Assembly (NCBI RefSeq): GCF_009914755.1
Contig: NC_060925.1
DNA from: the human T2T-CHM13v2.0 reference genome, Homo sapiens
Length of the DNA: 64,000 nucleotides
Reading direction: 5' to 3' (one strand)
Positions 29,101 to 46,517 of this stretch are shown here, one piece after another. The notes beneath the pieces were generated by a model. That model was given only the letters and a program-made list of their open reading frames with translations, searched no databases and was not told the origin of the DNA. Both the position numbers and the translations under genes were made by a program. Positions within the stretch are counted from its first letter, which is position 1, and every line of letters begins with the position of its first letter.

Positions 29101-30710
29101 ATTTTTCCTTTCCCTCAGGCATGCTCAGCAAGATGTGGGTGGGGGAAAGTTGTCTCATGATGGTTCCCAAGTCAGTCGTGCCACATCTATGACTCTGCTT
29201 TGCCTGATTCCAGACTGGCAAACTCCACTCTACCATGGACCATCATTCACTTCTCTGCAGGTCACTTGATGCAGTTCCAGAACATTCTACCTCCCTTCAA
29301 TCGGTGCTGCCACCATAAAGCTGACCTCAGGATGAGGAAACCTGCGCCCCCTTTACCATTCCATATAACACCTTCTTTTACTTGAAGCTAAGCCAAGATC
29401 AGATTGTAATAAAACTTTACTGAAAGCTTCAATTCTGCAAGAGGAAATTACAATCTAGAGAAATGTAAAACTGATATTAGATCTGACTGTTCTCAGGGTA
29501 GACTACTGAGGCCTGCATAGTTTCTGGCCTGCCTCACAGTTGTAGAGGTCAGCTTTCTTCTTCCTACCATAGGAGGAAGACCTTCAGTATGTCCCCCCTT
29601 CTGCTGAGCCCCAGGCCTCATGTCCCCATATCCCCCAAAAGGTAAAAAGTTCCCTGCCTTCTGTGTCTTTTCTTTCTGATCTGGATCTGTCCATTCAATA
29701 TGATAGGTTCTGGAAATTTCTATTTCCTTTAGGAAAAAGTGCAACCTTCAACCCATGGAAAGTCCTCTATACTCAAAAGCACAGTCCCTTTAGCGCGTAA
29801 TAACAGGACATCGGTTGTTTTCTCAACTGAGTTAGAATAACACCACATAAGAGGCATAATCCATCCAGTCTAGGGCAAGCGTTGCTAAACTCAGTCCAGT
29901 TTATTTTCAGTTTTATTATCTGTTTGAAGTAACACCCATGCCTGCATATCCTTGCCACCATCTTGAAGTCTCAGCAGCCAACCTCCTTGAGCAATTGCAT
30001 TTCCAAGAACAAGCAATAATTTGTAGGATGATGTGTGTAAGTTCATCTTTAGCCACCCTCTCCACAATGAAATAGAAGTTTCGGACCATGCAAACCAACT
30101 GAACCTTTTGCAGCTGGAGAGTTACAAACCGTACATCCCACAAGAGGGCCTCTGTTCATTTTTTTTTTTTTAAGTCTAAGGCTCTTTTGATGACAAATAA
30201 GAAGACTCTGCTAAATAACTTAAGCAGAAGAGCAGATGTATGGAGGATTTATTAGAGGGCAACAGGACCCAAGAGCAGGAGCTGAGGCTGTTTCACAGGG
30301 ACTTAAGCCATTAGCAGCCAGTTTCATTCATGTTCTTTCTCACTGTGCATCAGCTTCCTCTCTCACAAATTGCCCTCTGCTTGTCTGTGCACAAGGTGGA
30401 AAGAAGACTGCACAGTATCCAAGTTTATATTGCTTCAATTCAGGCAGCCATCATTAATTTGCAAATGTCTCTTAGCCCCATTTTTAATTCTATAGAGAAA
30501 TTGGTTCATCTTACATGGCTACTCTTTATCTTATTTACTATAGCCAGGGAGAAAGTATCATGTGGCATAAATATCTGTGCCAGTGTGTACCTTGTAAATT
30601 GAGGTGTTATTTCTATGAAAATTGAGGATTCCAGGGCAAATGAATCCTTGTCCAAAGGTAATTTTATAATCTACTGCTGATAATACAGAATATGCTCAAA
30701 AGTTTCATCT

Positions 30711-30958
30711 AGGCTGAGGTGGGAGTATTGCTTGAGGCCGAAAGTTTGAGACCAGCATGGGCAACATAGATCCCTTCTCTACAAAAAATTAAAACATTAG
30801 CCAAGCATAGTGACATGCTCCGTAGTCCTAGCTACTTGGGAGGGTAAGGTGGGAGGATTGCTTGAACTCAGGAGTTCGAGACTGCAGTAAGCTATGATTG
30901 TGCCATGCTGCACTCCAGCCTGGGTGACCGAGGTAGACCCTGTCTTTTTAAAGAAAAA
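30711..30958 (+). mobile_element. 5'-truncated AluJ
   Basis: ggaggattgcttgaactcaggagttcgagactgcagtaagctatgattg. Confidence 0.9.
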
Positions 30959-31843
30959 CAACTTTGATTTGAGATTTTTCTGGATTTGATTATCTTCATT
31001 AAAGTGTCAGGGATCATCAGGTTCAAGTTTGGTTTGAAGCCCAAATTCCTTGTTTTTCCCCCTCCCTGTGGAATCCCTGTAGAAAGGAAACATCTTCCAA
31101 GTGTAGAGCCTCGGAGTTAAAGCTAGTCCTGAGATGACAGCTGGGAAAGGTCTATGTTCCACTCTCACATCTAGCTTCAGGTGTCTTGGTCCTTTTTTGT
31201 AATACTTGCATCAACCCCAGGCCTTGGGCAGTTCTTAGCACAAAGTAGGCCCTAAATTAATACTTATAGAATGAATGGATCATTGGTTGATTTGAACCAT
31301 TCCATTTGCTGGCTTCCAGAAAAACTTCCAGTTAACTGGTGATTTGCTCAATGTCCCAAGCCTTTCTTTTTTTTCCGTACTGTAAATCAATAGACTTTTA
31401 GTTGAAATTTTTTGTCTTTAGCTTTCTGGAACTTTCTTAACTCTCTTGACAAGCAAAATTGTTACTTCCTCTATGCTATGATACTAACTGGCTTACATCA
31501 CATCATCAATAAATCTTTCATCATACTGAATTTCAGTTACTCACACTCAGATCTGCTTACCCAACTAGATTATTAACTGCTTAAGGGTAGGCATTCTAGT
31601 TCTATATGTCTAGTGCATGTTGAATGCTCAAAATATGTTTTGTGAAAGTATGAATCAATCAATCAATAAGCTATGTTTCCTGGGATATACCAGCCTTCAG
31701 GTAAAAACTGAGTCATTGTAACAATAATCAAACAGTTCTTCTCTGGATATGCCTTTTTCTTATTACACATCCCTCAAATTCTAACCAGATATTTTTTATA
31801 CTGTACTGGAGTGAGTATTGTATATTTTCTCATATATTCATTA

Positions 31844-31846
<3 letters not shown>

Positions 31847-31877
<31 letters not shown>
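31847..31877. repeat. (CA)15 microsatellite at an Alu tail
   Basis: Counted directly. Confidence 0.93.
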
Positions 31878-31879
<2 letters not shown>

Positions 31880-32165
31880 TTCTTTTGAGGCAGAGTTTCA
31901 CTCTTGTTACCCAGGGTGGAGTGCAATGGCATGGTCTCGGCTCACTGCAACCTCCACCTCCTGTGTTCAAGTGATTCTCCTGCCTCAGCCTCCTGAGTAG
32001 TTGGGCTTACAGGTGCACACCACCACGTCTGGCTAATTTTTGTATTTTTAGTAGAGATGGGGTTTTGTTTGGCCAGGCTGGTCTCGAACTCTTTACCTCA
32101 AGTATTCCACCTGCCTCGGCCTCCCAAAGTGCTGGGATTACAGGTGTGAGCCACTGCGCCTGGAC
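31878..32165 (-). mobile_element. AluSp/Sq-like
   Basis: gagtttcactcttgtt...gtgcaatggc. Confidence 0.9.
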
Positions 32166-32166
32166 T

Positions 32167-32455
32167 ATTTATTTTTTTGAGATGGAATTTCGCTGAGTGC
32201 AGTGGCACAATCTTGGCTTGCCACAACCTCCACCTCCCAACCTCACCCTCAAGTGATTCTCCTGCCTCAGCATCCCGAGTAGCTGGGATTACAGGCATCT
32301 GTCACCATGCCTGGCTAATTTTTTGTATTTTTTAAAATAGAGACAGGGTTTTACCATGTTGGCCAGGCTGGTCTCAAACTCTAGGCCTCAGGTGATCGAC
32401 CTGCCTTGGCCTCCCAAAGTGCTGGGATTAAAAGCATGAGCCACCACGCCTGGCT
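32167..32455 (-). mobile_element. AluS in tandem with the previous Alu, short internal deletion
   Basis: gagatggaatttcgct joined directly to gagtgcagtggc. Confidence 0.9.
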
Positions 32456-34304
32456 ACATATATATTTAGATGTCTGCTAAAGCCAAATAATATACCGGGG
32501 CCTGGGAATGCAGTAATGAGGATTGATGATGTTGATGATGATTATGATGATAACGATGATTCCTTTAGTATTTGAGAGTCTTAATAAAACAGCACTTCTC
32601 ATTCCTGAGTTATGAATCAATCTAGAAATAAGCCAAAAGAACAGCATATAGAGTCAAAGTTGTAACATTTAAAAAATTACTGATAAAGCTTATATGGGAA
32701 AATGAGCCTTATATCTATGGCCAAGGGGTCTTCTGAATACTAACCCCCCAGAACTATTTAGGCTCACCCACTCAATCAAGGCAGTGATTCCTTACATGGT
32801 CTGTCCCCATGAGATCAGCCACAGACAAACAGAAAGTGTACTATCTGGGGGAAGGCTAGCCCCCAAGAGAGAGGGCAGGGAAGAATTAATTGATGGAACA
32901 AGATCCTCCTGGTTACCCCATGGCTATTGCAGTTTTCCTGCCAGCCTTGGTTTTCATCAGCCATCATTCTTATAACCAATACTGAAAGCCACGTTCCTGT
33001 TGCCAATATGCCTGGAAGATGAAGCCGCTGCTGGTGTTGGCCAAAGGCACTTCCACTGCTGTGATTGCCCAGCAACACCTGTGCCAAGGCTACTGATGCC
33101 TGGTCAAGGCGATAATGTCTGAGCTGACTCCTGTGGTTGCCAAAGTCAACAAAGTTGCTGAAGAAGTTGTTGGCACCAGAAGGTTTGCATGCTCAGCATC
33201 TCTCAGAGCTTAAGAGCTCTTGTGGTTTCTACTTGCTATTTTCCTGCAGCCCCTAGGCATAGATTTCAGGCTGGGTCAGTGAAGGCTGAGCAGGAGGATA
33301 CTCCGAGGGACAGACACAGGCCAATGACAGAGATGACTCCAAATGAGGTTATTCATCCCATCTCAGAGAGATGCCACCTGAAGTGAAAGAAGACAGCACT
33401 CACCACACAGCCCTTTTCTTGTGTCCCTATATTGGACCACATCACTATACTAAATTATCAATTACTAATACTTCTAAATCCATTCATGATCTTGTGAATA
33501 ATACCATTATTTGCAATGTGTTTTGTGTTAATGTTAAAGACATTAATATGTTAAATGTAAATTTGCGAAATGCCTCTTTATATAACCCAGTTTTGGTATT
33601 TCTTAATGTAATATTTCAGGAGTCTCAAAAACAAAAGGAGTTTGGTGCTTCTTCAACCTCCAAGGGGGCTCCCATCTCACTTCTTTTGCCCTTTTACCCC
33701 TCCTACTCTGGACCACTGTCCTTGTATCAAACTTGTTTGCCTTAGAAGCTCTCTTTCCTAAGAAAGGTTCTTCTCCGGGAGGTTCTTCTACCTTTCTCAT
33801 AAGTAAGTCTCTGTTGCTGACCCATGAGTTTTTGCAACAAGCCTTGACATGCCTGAGTCCTAGAGTGAACCCAGCTTAGGCTCATGCTGGGTTCCCTATA
33901 TGTATAAGGAATGAATCAGGAAGGGCTTACCTGCATTAATCCAGGAGCTTAATTAAACTAACAAGAGCAACCATCACAGGGTGGATATAAAGAGGAGCTT
34001 GTTTCTTGGATTTGTTTCCATTCTTCCTCCAACGTTAGCAACTGTTCAATATTTAGCCCTAACTAAATCAGCACATTTCAGTAGTCACACCTAGAAATCT
34101 TATGAGTACATGCGGAATTTAAGGAATGTTTAGAAACAAATGTTGTTGGGGACTTGAATTAACAAAGCTTGCTGGGGAGTTCTGGATCTTCCTGCATTTT
34201 GTTTCCCTCACAGAAGGTGTTCTTCTGTTTATGTTTAGGACTCAAATGTATTCTTGATTTGTGTTCCTCTGAATTCCCTAACGAAGGTGTTTATTCAAAT
34301 GCCT

Positions 34305-34709
<405 letters not shown>

Positions 34710-35688
34710 CTAACCAGCTTCTCTTCCACATGCAGCATCATCCCCCATCTCTGAGTGAAGTCCACAATTAATGAGATTCTTTGGGTGGTTGTTGCCATTG
34801 CTGACTCACTGGCTGTTTTAGCTACAATGCCTCACCAGTGTATACCTGCCTCAGGCACAGACGGAATGCTGGGTGGCCTGATGCTATCTTAGGTAACTAG
34901 AGCATTGCTTCTGGAAGTGAGAAGCTGCCTTTAAATTATTCAGTGAGCCTTCTTCCAGTTCACAGGCCTTTCACAACAGTAGGGAAAGCAGCAGCAAAGT
35001 GCCATGATGGCCTGGAAACAGCAGGATTTACAGGGAAGGCAAAAATAGGGGAGGAGGATTCCACAGCTGGAATACGCCAAGCAGAGACTAGAGTGTTGCA
35101 GAGCCTGCACCTGCTCACCTCTTTTCCAGGTGGGAATGTTGGAAGAGAAGTGGAAAGGGCGTAGTGACTCTCAAGCAGGGTTACTGCCACCTTGGCGACA
35201 TTTGTTAGTTTGCGTGTTAATGTGTGTATTTTTTAATTTTTATTTTTTAGCACTCTCTGATAAGGAGATAATGTGTGTTTTGTTCATTTGTCTGATTCTT
35301 GTTAGACTATTTTCTACTTGAGAGTCCTATCTTATTGATGTCATTACAATGTTATACACTCAACTCTGGCACTTAGTTACTCTTAATAAACTTATATGGA
35401 ATGAAATGTGCTCTGTTTGAACTTCTCCTTTTAGCTCTATTTGTATGCTGAAAAAAAAAATCACAAAATAACTCTAGTTTTTTCACTTTATTACTTAGTT
35501 CTCAGTCCTGCATATACTCGAAGTCAGCTTTCTTTTCTCTGGGTTGAACAACCACATCAGATGCCTGGTAGTCTCAAAGGGATTGATTACTTGAGGATAA
35601 ATCCTTAAATATTCTTGAAACAACAGAGATTAAAGCACACACACGCATATATATGTGTGTGTATATCCATATATATAGATATATATAG

Positions 35689-36580
<892 letters not shown>

Positions 36581-36989
36581 CTATTATAATTCATTCTACA
36601 TCAGGATAGATTTTGAAAAGTAGTTGTGCTTCCCTATACACAATCAGCACACTTTGGAAGCAATAATACTCATTTCTATAGGTCTCTGGGGTTGCTAGGG
36701 TGCTTCACTGGGCAGAGTCCAATAACCTCAATTATGGAAGCCTTACTCTATGTCTTAGAGTAAAATCATTTTCACCCTTTCATGATGGGCAAGCAATAGG
36801 CTCAGGCTCCATTGCATGTATCTCAGTATGCGGGATAGCACAAACAGGAAAGAGAACACGGCAAGTTAGAGGAATAGAGTTCAATATAACTGGAGTATTG
36901 AGTGCAATCTGAGCCCAGGGAGAGCTAAGGGTCAAAACCAGATGTAATGGGTATTTTTTGTGTGCATCCCTGGCATCCAATCCTTCCTT

Positions 36990-37820
<831 letters not shown>

Positions 37821-37979
37821 TGGGTTAGCCAAATGCCTTCATCAAGTCCAAAGAGTGAGCACAGGGTGAAGATTGAGAGAAAAAGCCAAACCAATTGTAA
37901 GAGGACACTGGAAAGGTCCATGGAGTATGAGTAATAGCTGCCATGAAGTGAGAAGATCTGTGATGATGGCCATGAGTAG

Positions 37980-38328
<349 letters not shown>

Positions 38329-39840
38329 CAATTCATTTTTTAAGTTTAATTTTTTTGATAAGTCCCAAACATTCTTATTTAAAACATAGCTTTAGTCCTC
38401 TAAATATGGCATATAAACCTTCCCAAGGCCTACTGACCTTCTGAGAAGTATTTGAACTATATAAACCAAAAATAAACTAAGTCCCTTTTCTAAAAGTTTC
38501 AACCATCTGAAAATCAAAAAGAGACATAGAATCCTACATTTCAATTTACTGCAAGTCTTAGTTACCAATAGCAACAGATAGTTATTTTGAACACAGTCTC
38601 TAACATTGCTCTCTTTCTTTTTATTCTTGTTGGCAAATGTGTAGAAAATCTATAGTAACCTCCCACAGAATGAATATGGGATGATTTCAGATAGTCACGG
38701 ACACATGATATATTACCTTTCAACCTCTAACAAATACTCAGCATCTATAACTTCAATTCCATTATTACTTTTCATGCTTGCTGATTAGAACACAGGGTTC
38801 TCTCATGGTGAGAGGTTTCATTTAACTTATACATAAATATGGTGCTGATGCTCGAGTGAATAGTTCATGAAGAAAAGAGAGTATACAATGGATTTCCAAA
38901 AACCACTGCTGTGAAGGAAGAGATGATTTGGGGCTGGCTGAGAAATTTAACTGTCACATTCAAATGCCTGCAGAGTCTAAACCTTTCTATTGCTGAAGAG
39001 TAGTGGTTTATTCTCACAAATCCTTTTCATTCATATCTAGGAAATTTTATGTATCATTTCCAAGCCATAGAATGCATCTGTGACCCATCTTCAATCTAAT
39101 TATTTGTACCTAAGGACAGGTCAGCTGGTGATAGGTGAATTAATATGCATACTTTTGTGTGGAGGTCATTTTAATGTTGAAAACACTGAAGCTTTCTGTT
39201 CTTTGAACATATAGTCCAAGTAACTGAGTAGTTCATTATCCCTCTGAAGGTTTCATGTATATTATTTTTGTCTCTTTATCTAGGTCCCATAAGACAGGAA
39301 GAAAAGTCCTTCCTCCGGGTTGGAGAACAGTTTTCCCCATACTTCTAGCCCTGCTGAGCTCCCAGGAATGGGTGACCACCATGTGGTCTCTGCTCACCTA
39401 CCTGAAAATGTGTACTGCCCTCTTAAACCTGTTAGCTTGTTCCCCTTCACTTGAGTTCCTCTAACTTTAAACATCATGTGTTGAACTCTTCAGCTGCCTC
39501 TGCAGCTGAGGCAGGTATCTCCAGCCCTCGCCCCTCTTAATTTTAGCTTCTTGTTCTCAGTATATTCTTCTTCACTGACTCAGGCTGCTGAGCCTTAGGT
39601 GTACCCTTAACTAGAATTCACCAAGTTATGACAGACCAGATTAAGAAAATGCAATATTTATTGGAATTACTGTCTACTATGTGACTATATAGTAATTTAT
39701 GAATATTCCCATTACAAAGTTGAAACTTTGCTGTCCTACATCAAAATATGAGTAAAAAAATAAATAAAATGCAATAGTGTATCTGTTATCTGTTGCTACC
39801 TAACAAATCACCCCAACACTGTGGTTTAAAATAACATTTA

Positions 39841-40215
<375 letters not shown>

Positions 40216-40614
40216 TCATCTCTGTTCCTCCTGGCGTCAGCCTAGAGTCACCCAAAGATTGGCGTCATCTGGAGGCTCTCACTCACTCACTCACGTGCCT
40301 GCTGGTTGGTGTTGGGCTGACTCAAACAGCTGGGGCTCCTTGAGCATCTTGTTCTATTTCCATGCAGCTTCTCCATGTGTTCTCTCTAGCATGGCAGCTT
40401 CTGAATAGGCAGATTTCTTATGTGTCAGCTCAGGGCCCCCAAGGCGTGTGTCACAAGAGAGAGCCTGGTGGACAATGTATTGCTTTTTCTAACCTACCCT
40501 CAGAAGTCATGTGGCGTCACTTTTACTGCATTATATTCACTGAAAGCAAGTGACTAAGACCAAGATAATTAAACTCTACCATGTTATGTAAGGTATATCA
40601 AAAAGTGTGCAGAC

Positions 40615-41076
<462 letters not shown>

Positions 41077-41164
41077 AAAAAAATGTGCAGACTTGTTTGA
41101 AAACCAAGAGATGTATGACTCATCTCCACTCTGTGGAGTGCGAACCACTCACTCATGTCTGGGT

Positions 41165-41420
41165 GTCTCTTTCCATGTGGTTTCTCATCTTTAAGATGAA
41201 GCAACCCTGGGCTTGTTCACATGGCATCACATTCCAGAGGGGAAAGAGTGGAAGCTGTGAAGCCTAGGCTCAAACTAGCAAAATAACATTTCTGCCACAT
41301 TCTATTGGCCAAAGCAGGTCACAAGGCCAGTCCAGCTTTAAGGAGTAGGAAATACGCTCTACCTTTTGATGCGAGAAGTTGAAAGAATTCATAGCTAGTT
41401 TTGATCTTTCACATGTGGTC
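41165..41420 (-). mobile_element. MLT1 (H/I-like) LTR fragment
   Basis: tttctgccacattctattggccaaagcaggtcacaaggccagtccag. Confidence 0.65.
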
Positions 41421-43557
41421 ATCCAAACTTCTTTCCTTGAACAATAGGAGTTAAAGAACAGAGTCCTATGATTCAAGAAGGGTTAGCTACACGATCTCAA
41501 ACTTCTCTGATTTGTAGTAAAGTGGCACAGGAAGCTGTGTTGAAAAGAGTTTCTCAGAGTGTTTTCTTTCTAGGTTGCAGAGACTGCCTTTTCCTTTTTC
41601 CATAGGGAAAGATTGCCTATGAATCCTTCCTTTGTGCATGACTATGCAGAGAGAGTCATGAATCAACTAACTCTCTACCTGAGAGACAGTAAGGCCTGGA
41701 GAAGTGTAAGGAAGGGGAATGCAGTCTTCAGGAGATGACTGAGGGAGTGCTCAATGCTGCCTTTTGCGTCCTCCCTAAAACTCACACGTTGAAATGTGAA
41801 TGGAGGATGGAAGAAATCAAGTGTCCCATAAAAGCATTATGGAGGGCAGGATGAGGAAATGAGTTTATTTTGGGAACTTGCTTCCTTATGGGGTACAAGG
41901 CTGAATGAGGCAGGATGGGCTGAGGGCAGTGCTAGGCCTCACTGAGCTGTCTATCTTTCTCTAACTCCATCTCCCCAGTCTTCCACATGCTCTTCTGACA
42001 TGAGGAATACTCCAAGTCCCTCTTTCTTCCTGGGGGCACACTGCATCTCTTCACAGGTTAGAAGATCCAAACCCTGTTCCCTCTTGTGTCTTGCGCACTC
42101 AGCCATCTCAGGCTTCAGCTGGACATTAGTGGAATCTTCCCCAGGGGCTTCTGCTGGCTCCCAAGAGAGGGGTGGCTGAACTTAGCCTTTGTCTTGGCCC
42201 ACGTGGATGTGGTGTAGGGTGGGGGAAACTCTGAGTGAGTCAATACTACCCCATCAGCAAAAACCATGGCTAATTTCTCTTCAATTACCTAAAAGCAGTC
42301 ATACCATGGAAAGCCCCAATTTTGCTCTTTCACTGACCTTCTTTAACATGATCCTGACCCTCCTTCTTATGAAATAATAGCCCTAGCTTTATTACGGCAT
42401 CTCTCTGTTAACCAGAAGAATGATTCAGAACTAATCAAAATGGCTTACTCTGACAGGTTGTAATACATGTATTCCATTTTTTAAAAATAAGTTAGTTATC
42501 ATAGTAAGAAGAAAGGATCATTTTCTCTTCAAAATTATTTCATAATGAATTAATTACGAGTGACACTGACCTTAAATGATAGCTTGATAATTTCATGAAG
42601 AAGCACATTTTGTTCAGTAAAGAAAATGAGAGGGCTAGTTTCTTTGTGTTTGTAGAAATTCACTAATTTATAAATGTTACAATTAAGGGCACTAATGGTG
42701 CTTATTGCTGCAGTTCAAGAGAGAGGCCAGAATAAATGGCAGAATCTTGCCCAAATACCTATTACCTCTTGATCTCATCTTATACATTTTTCTCTGCCTT
42801 CTCTGACCATAGTTTTGACCCATTTGATGATTTGAACGTGAAAATGAATCCTACTTTCTGCTTTGAGAAAGATGTAGGGGATCTAGATTTAGTTCATTGA
42901 TGAAGTGTGTTCAAAGATGTAGACAGAGTCCAAGAAGCAATGGCATGAATCCAATGTGGCTTGATAAGACATCAAGGGGCTTTGGGTCAGAAGCTCTTTT
43001 ATCTGAAATCTGCCTGATAGTGTGAAATATAAATTGGAATTGAGATCCATGGCACAACATTGCAGTTATTCTTGCAATGGTAACATGGCAAAACATGGGC
43101 CAAAACATTCCTTCCTGATCCTGCCCCTCCTGAGTGGTATCACAATTCAACACTGGCCACCCATGGTTTGTGGCAGCCGTCTCACTTGTCTAGCAGCACT
43201 TGCTGAGCAGGCATTTCATCTTGCCAGGATTTGCATCTGCGCAAAGCTAAGGAATGGGTAAGGTGTCAGGCTTCCAGGGTTAAGGGAAAGGAAGAAAATG
43301 GGTGGCTTAGACTATGTTTTGCCTTTGAGTTCTCAGGAAGATGCTAATGTGGAGTTGGAAATATAAATTAAATCTCCACATCAACAAACCAGAGTTCTCT
43401 AAATGTGGAATTCAATTCAGCATGGGGAAAAGCCAAATATTTTGTTTAAAAAATCGGCCCTTAACAACACACATTTTTGTGATTATTTCATATAGAAGAC
43501 CAAAGGCAAACAATAGAAAAGTGTGCTTTCCTTTCCTCACATAAAATGATCTTCTTG

Positions 43558-43890
<333 letters not shown>

Positions 43891-44599
43891 TCAGGTAATT
43901 AGAAAACACCTGTTAGCAAAGCTGCCCCAGAAGCAGAAAGTGTTGCAGCTAGAAAATTGTCAGAGAAGCAGAAGGGTTGGATGGAGGGTCTCATCAAGAG
44001 GGAGACTCACCACGTGTTTACCCCCATCTGACAGTCCTTTCTGCTGGCCCTTGGCTCTCTGGCTGTGCTGTACTCTAGCCCAGAGCCTCAAGCATTGTCT
44101 TTCCCTTCCATTTCCTAACTCTGACCATTGCTCTGAAACTGATTCTGCAATAGGAGCCTAACCTCTCTTTGTGTCACTGACCTTGCTGCCTGTTTATGGC
44201 TCTCTGCATTCTCCCAGCTCTTCTTCTACCTGGCAACCTGATCCTTAGATATCCTTCATGGTCTGGTTTGGATGTTCCTGACCTTGAACAATATTCAGAT
44301 TTTAATTAGTCATAGCCCTTCTAGCAGAGTTTTAGCTTTTTCCTTTGGCACAAATTTCAGCTTATTCAAAGTTGGGTAAGTTAGGTGAAGAGTCTCTATA
44401 TCTGTCTGTGGTTCTTTTTCCATTTTTTTTTTTTTTGACTCAACACAGCTCAAGGATTTGCCCAATCCCATGAGAAATAGTATCTCCCGAAAATAGTGAC
44501 TGCACAGAAGTGGATAGAAGAGAAGATCAAGCAAGCCTTCCTCAGGGTGTATCAAATTTTCCCAGGGTGGGAGGAAATCTTACAGTAAAAAAGATCCAT

Positions 44600-44757
44600 C
44601 AGGGCATGATGGCTCATGCCTGTAATCCCAGAATTTTGGGAGGCTGAGGCAGAAGGATTGCTTTAGCCCAGGAGCATTGGAGTTACATTGAGTTATGACC
44701 GTGTCACTATACGCCAGCCTGGGTGACAGAGCAAGACCCTGTCTCAAAAATAAAAAA
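44600..44757 (+). mobile_element. FAM/FRAM-type Alu monomer
   Basis: Single monomer with short A tail. Confidence 0.85.
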
Positions 44758-44935
44758 GTTTCCCTCTTTTGCCAGATGCATCTGATGTACCTCCAGAGGG
44801 GTAAGCCTTTTTTCCATACCTGTTTGTTCTTTAGAAATCACTGCTAACTAAAGGCCAGAGGAAAGACGCCTTGCAATGGGACTGGCCAGCATTCTGGATT
44901 TCTGCAATGGGAGCCAGAAATGAGAGAACCCAAGG

Positions 44936-45483
44936 TGTTACCAGTGGCAAATATCCGAGTTTCACCACACCAAAATGTTGGCGGTGGCAGGTATCAGAGT
45001 TACCCCGGCGGCGTATCCATGTGGGCCTGCAGCAACTTCATTTCTTGTCTCCTCAGAAGAAAGAATTTGATTGAGGGCCATAAAGCAGAAAAAGACCAAG
45101 GCAGGTTTCAGAGCAGGAGTGAAAGTTTATTAAAAAGCTTTAGAACAGTAAGGAAAGAAAGGAGGGAAAGGAGAGAAAAGAAGGAAAGTACAACTTGGAA
45201 GAGGGCCAAGCGGGTGACTTGAGAAACCAAGTGCACAGCTTGACATCTTGACTTGTGGTTTTATTTGTTGGCATACTTCCGGGATTTTATTGGGAAGCTG
45301 CTGATCAGTTTCGGTGTTTTCTATCTATTAGGAGACTACCTTCTAGCGCTGGCTGTGACCACTTATTACTTTAGAGAAACAGCAGCTGCCTGACCATCAC
45401 TTGATGGTTGCCCAACACTCCTGGTGTGTGGGGGGAAGCCCTCTTCTGCCCTGCTCATACCTGACTAGCTACCTACTGTAACA
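44936..45483 (-). mobile_element. MER50-like ERV1 solo LTR
   Basis: Minus strand begins tgttacagtaggtagctagtcaggtatgagcagggcagaagagggc; TG...CA termini. Confidence 0.85.
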
Positions 45484-46189
45484 AACAGCCTATGATTTGG
45501 AGCCGAACCAAGTCTCCCTCCCGTCAGCACAGGACATTCAGAGTGTGTGTGTCTGGGTCCCAGGTTTGTTTTTTTTTTCTTTTTTCTTTCTCTCCCCAGA
45601 ATATATAGAAGCCAGTGAGAGCAAGAGTGAGCATTCACTCCTCTTAAATGCCACTTCGATTTTCGTGAATGAATTTTCCCTGCATCCTCTGAGCCAAGTG
45701 AACAATCTGGAAAGAAAATACCATGCGAGAGAGTCTGGCTGTGATGGCAGCACAGCGAATTGGGAGAGGGGCAGGGGAGGGAAGCGAGAGCTTTAGAGAG
45801 CGTTCTTCTTGCTATCCATGTCCCTGAGTTGTCCTGTCTCTGGGCAATTCTCTTATTATTTCTGACTTTTCTACTCTAAGATACATTTGTATCACATGGT
45901 CAACAGCATAATGAGATCCTTGAACAGTAAGTGGTAGTAGCACTGTTTCCTAATAGCACAACTTCCTAATACTTCACGTGCATAAACATGTTTCTGACTG
46001 CTACGGATATTTTATTAAGGTTGCCATCAGCCCTAGCGGTTGGTGGGAAAAGTTATTATTATGCATTGATAGTCCTACTTTTCAAGAGAGAGTAGGTATC
46101 CCATAGCAGTGCCATTTCTCAGAGTCAAACCAGTCTTGTGGTATAATACACACTTCCCTACAATAGAAAGAAAGACAGTCAAGCTTTTC

Positions 46190-46517
46190 ATTTATTTATT
46201 TTTTATTTATATTATACTTTAAGTTTTAGGGTACATGTGCACAATGTGCAGGTTTGTTAAATATGTATGCATGTGCCACGTTGGTGTGCTGCACCCATTA
46301 ACTCGTCATTTAGCATTAGGTAGATCTCCTAATACTATCCCTCCCCACTCCCCCCACCCCACAACAGGCCCTGGTGTGTGATGTTCCCCTTCCTGTATCC
46401 ATGTGTTCTCATTGTTCAATTCCCACCTATGAGTGAAAACATGCAGTGTTTGGTTTTATGTCCTTGCGATAGTTTGCTGAGAATGATGGTTTCCAGCTTC
46501 ATCCATGTCCCTACAAA
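46190..46517 (-). mobile_element. Short L1PA3/4-like 3' end
   Basis: ttatactttaagttttagggtacatgtgcacaatgtgcagg...catccatgtccctacaaa. Confidence 0.95.

Noticed and set aside
31297-31311. 15-mer accattccatttgct also present at ~61564
   Set aside because: A single short match 30 kb apart with no extended homology
32900-33260. Coding-looking stretch with recurring (t)tgccaa words
   Set aside because: No sustained frame or recognisable protein, and the periodicity is irregular; a BLASTX/Dfam search would be needed
33861-33900. Small hairpin gaacccagc...gctgggttc
   Set aside because: A 9-bp perfect stem with a 10-nt loop is within chance expectation for 64 kb
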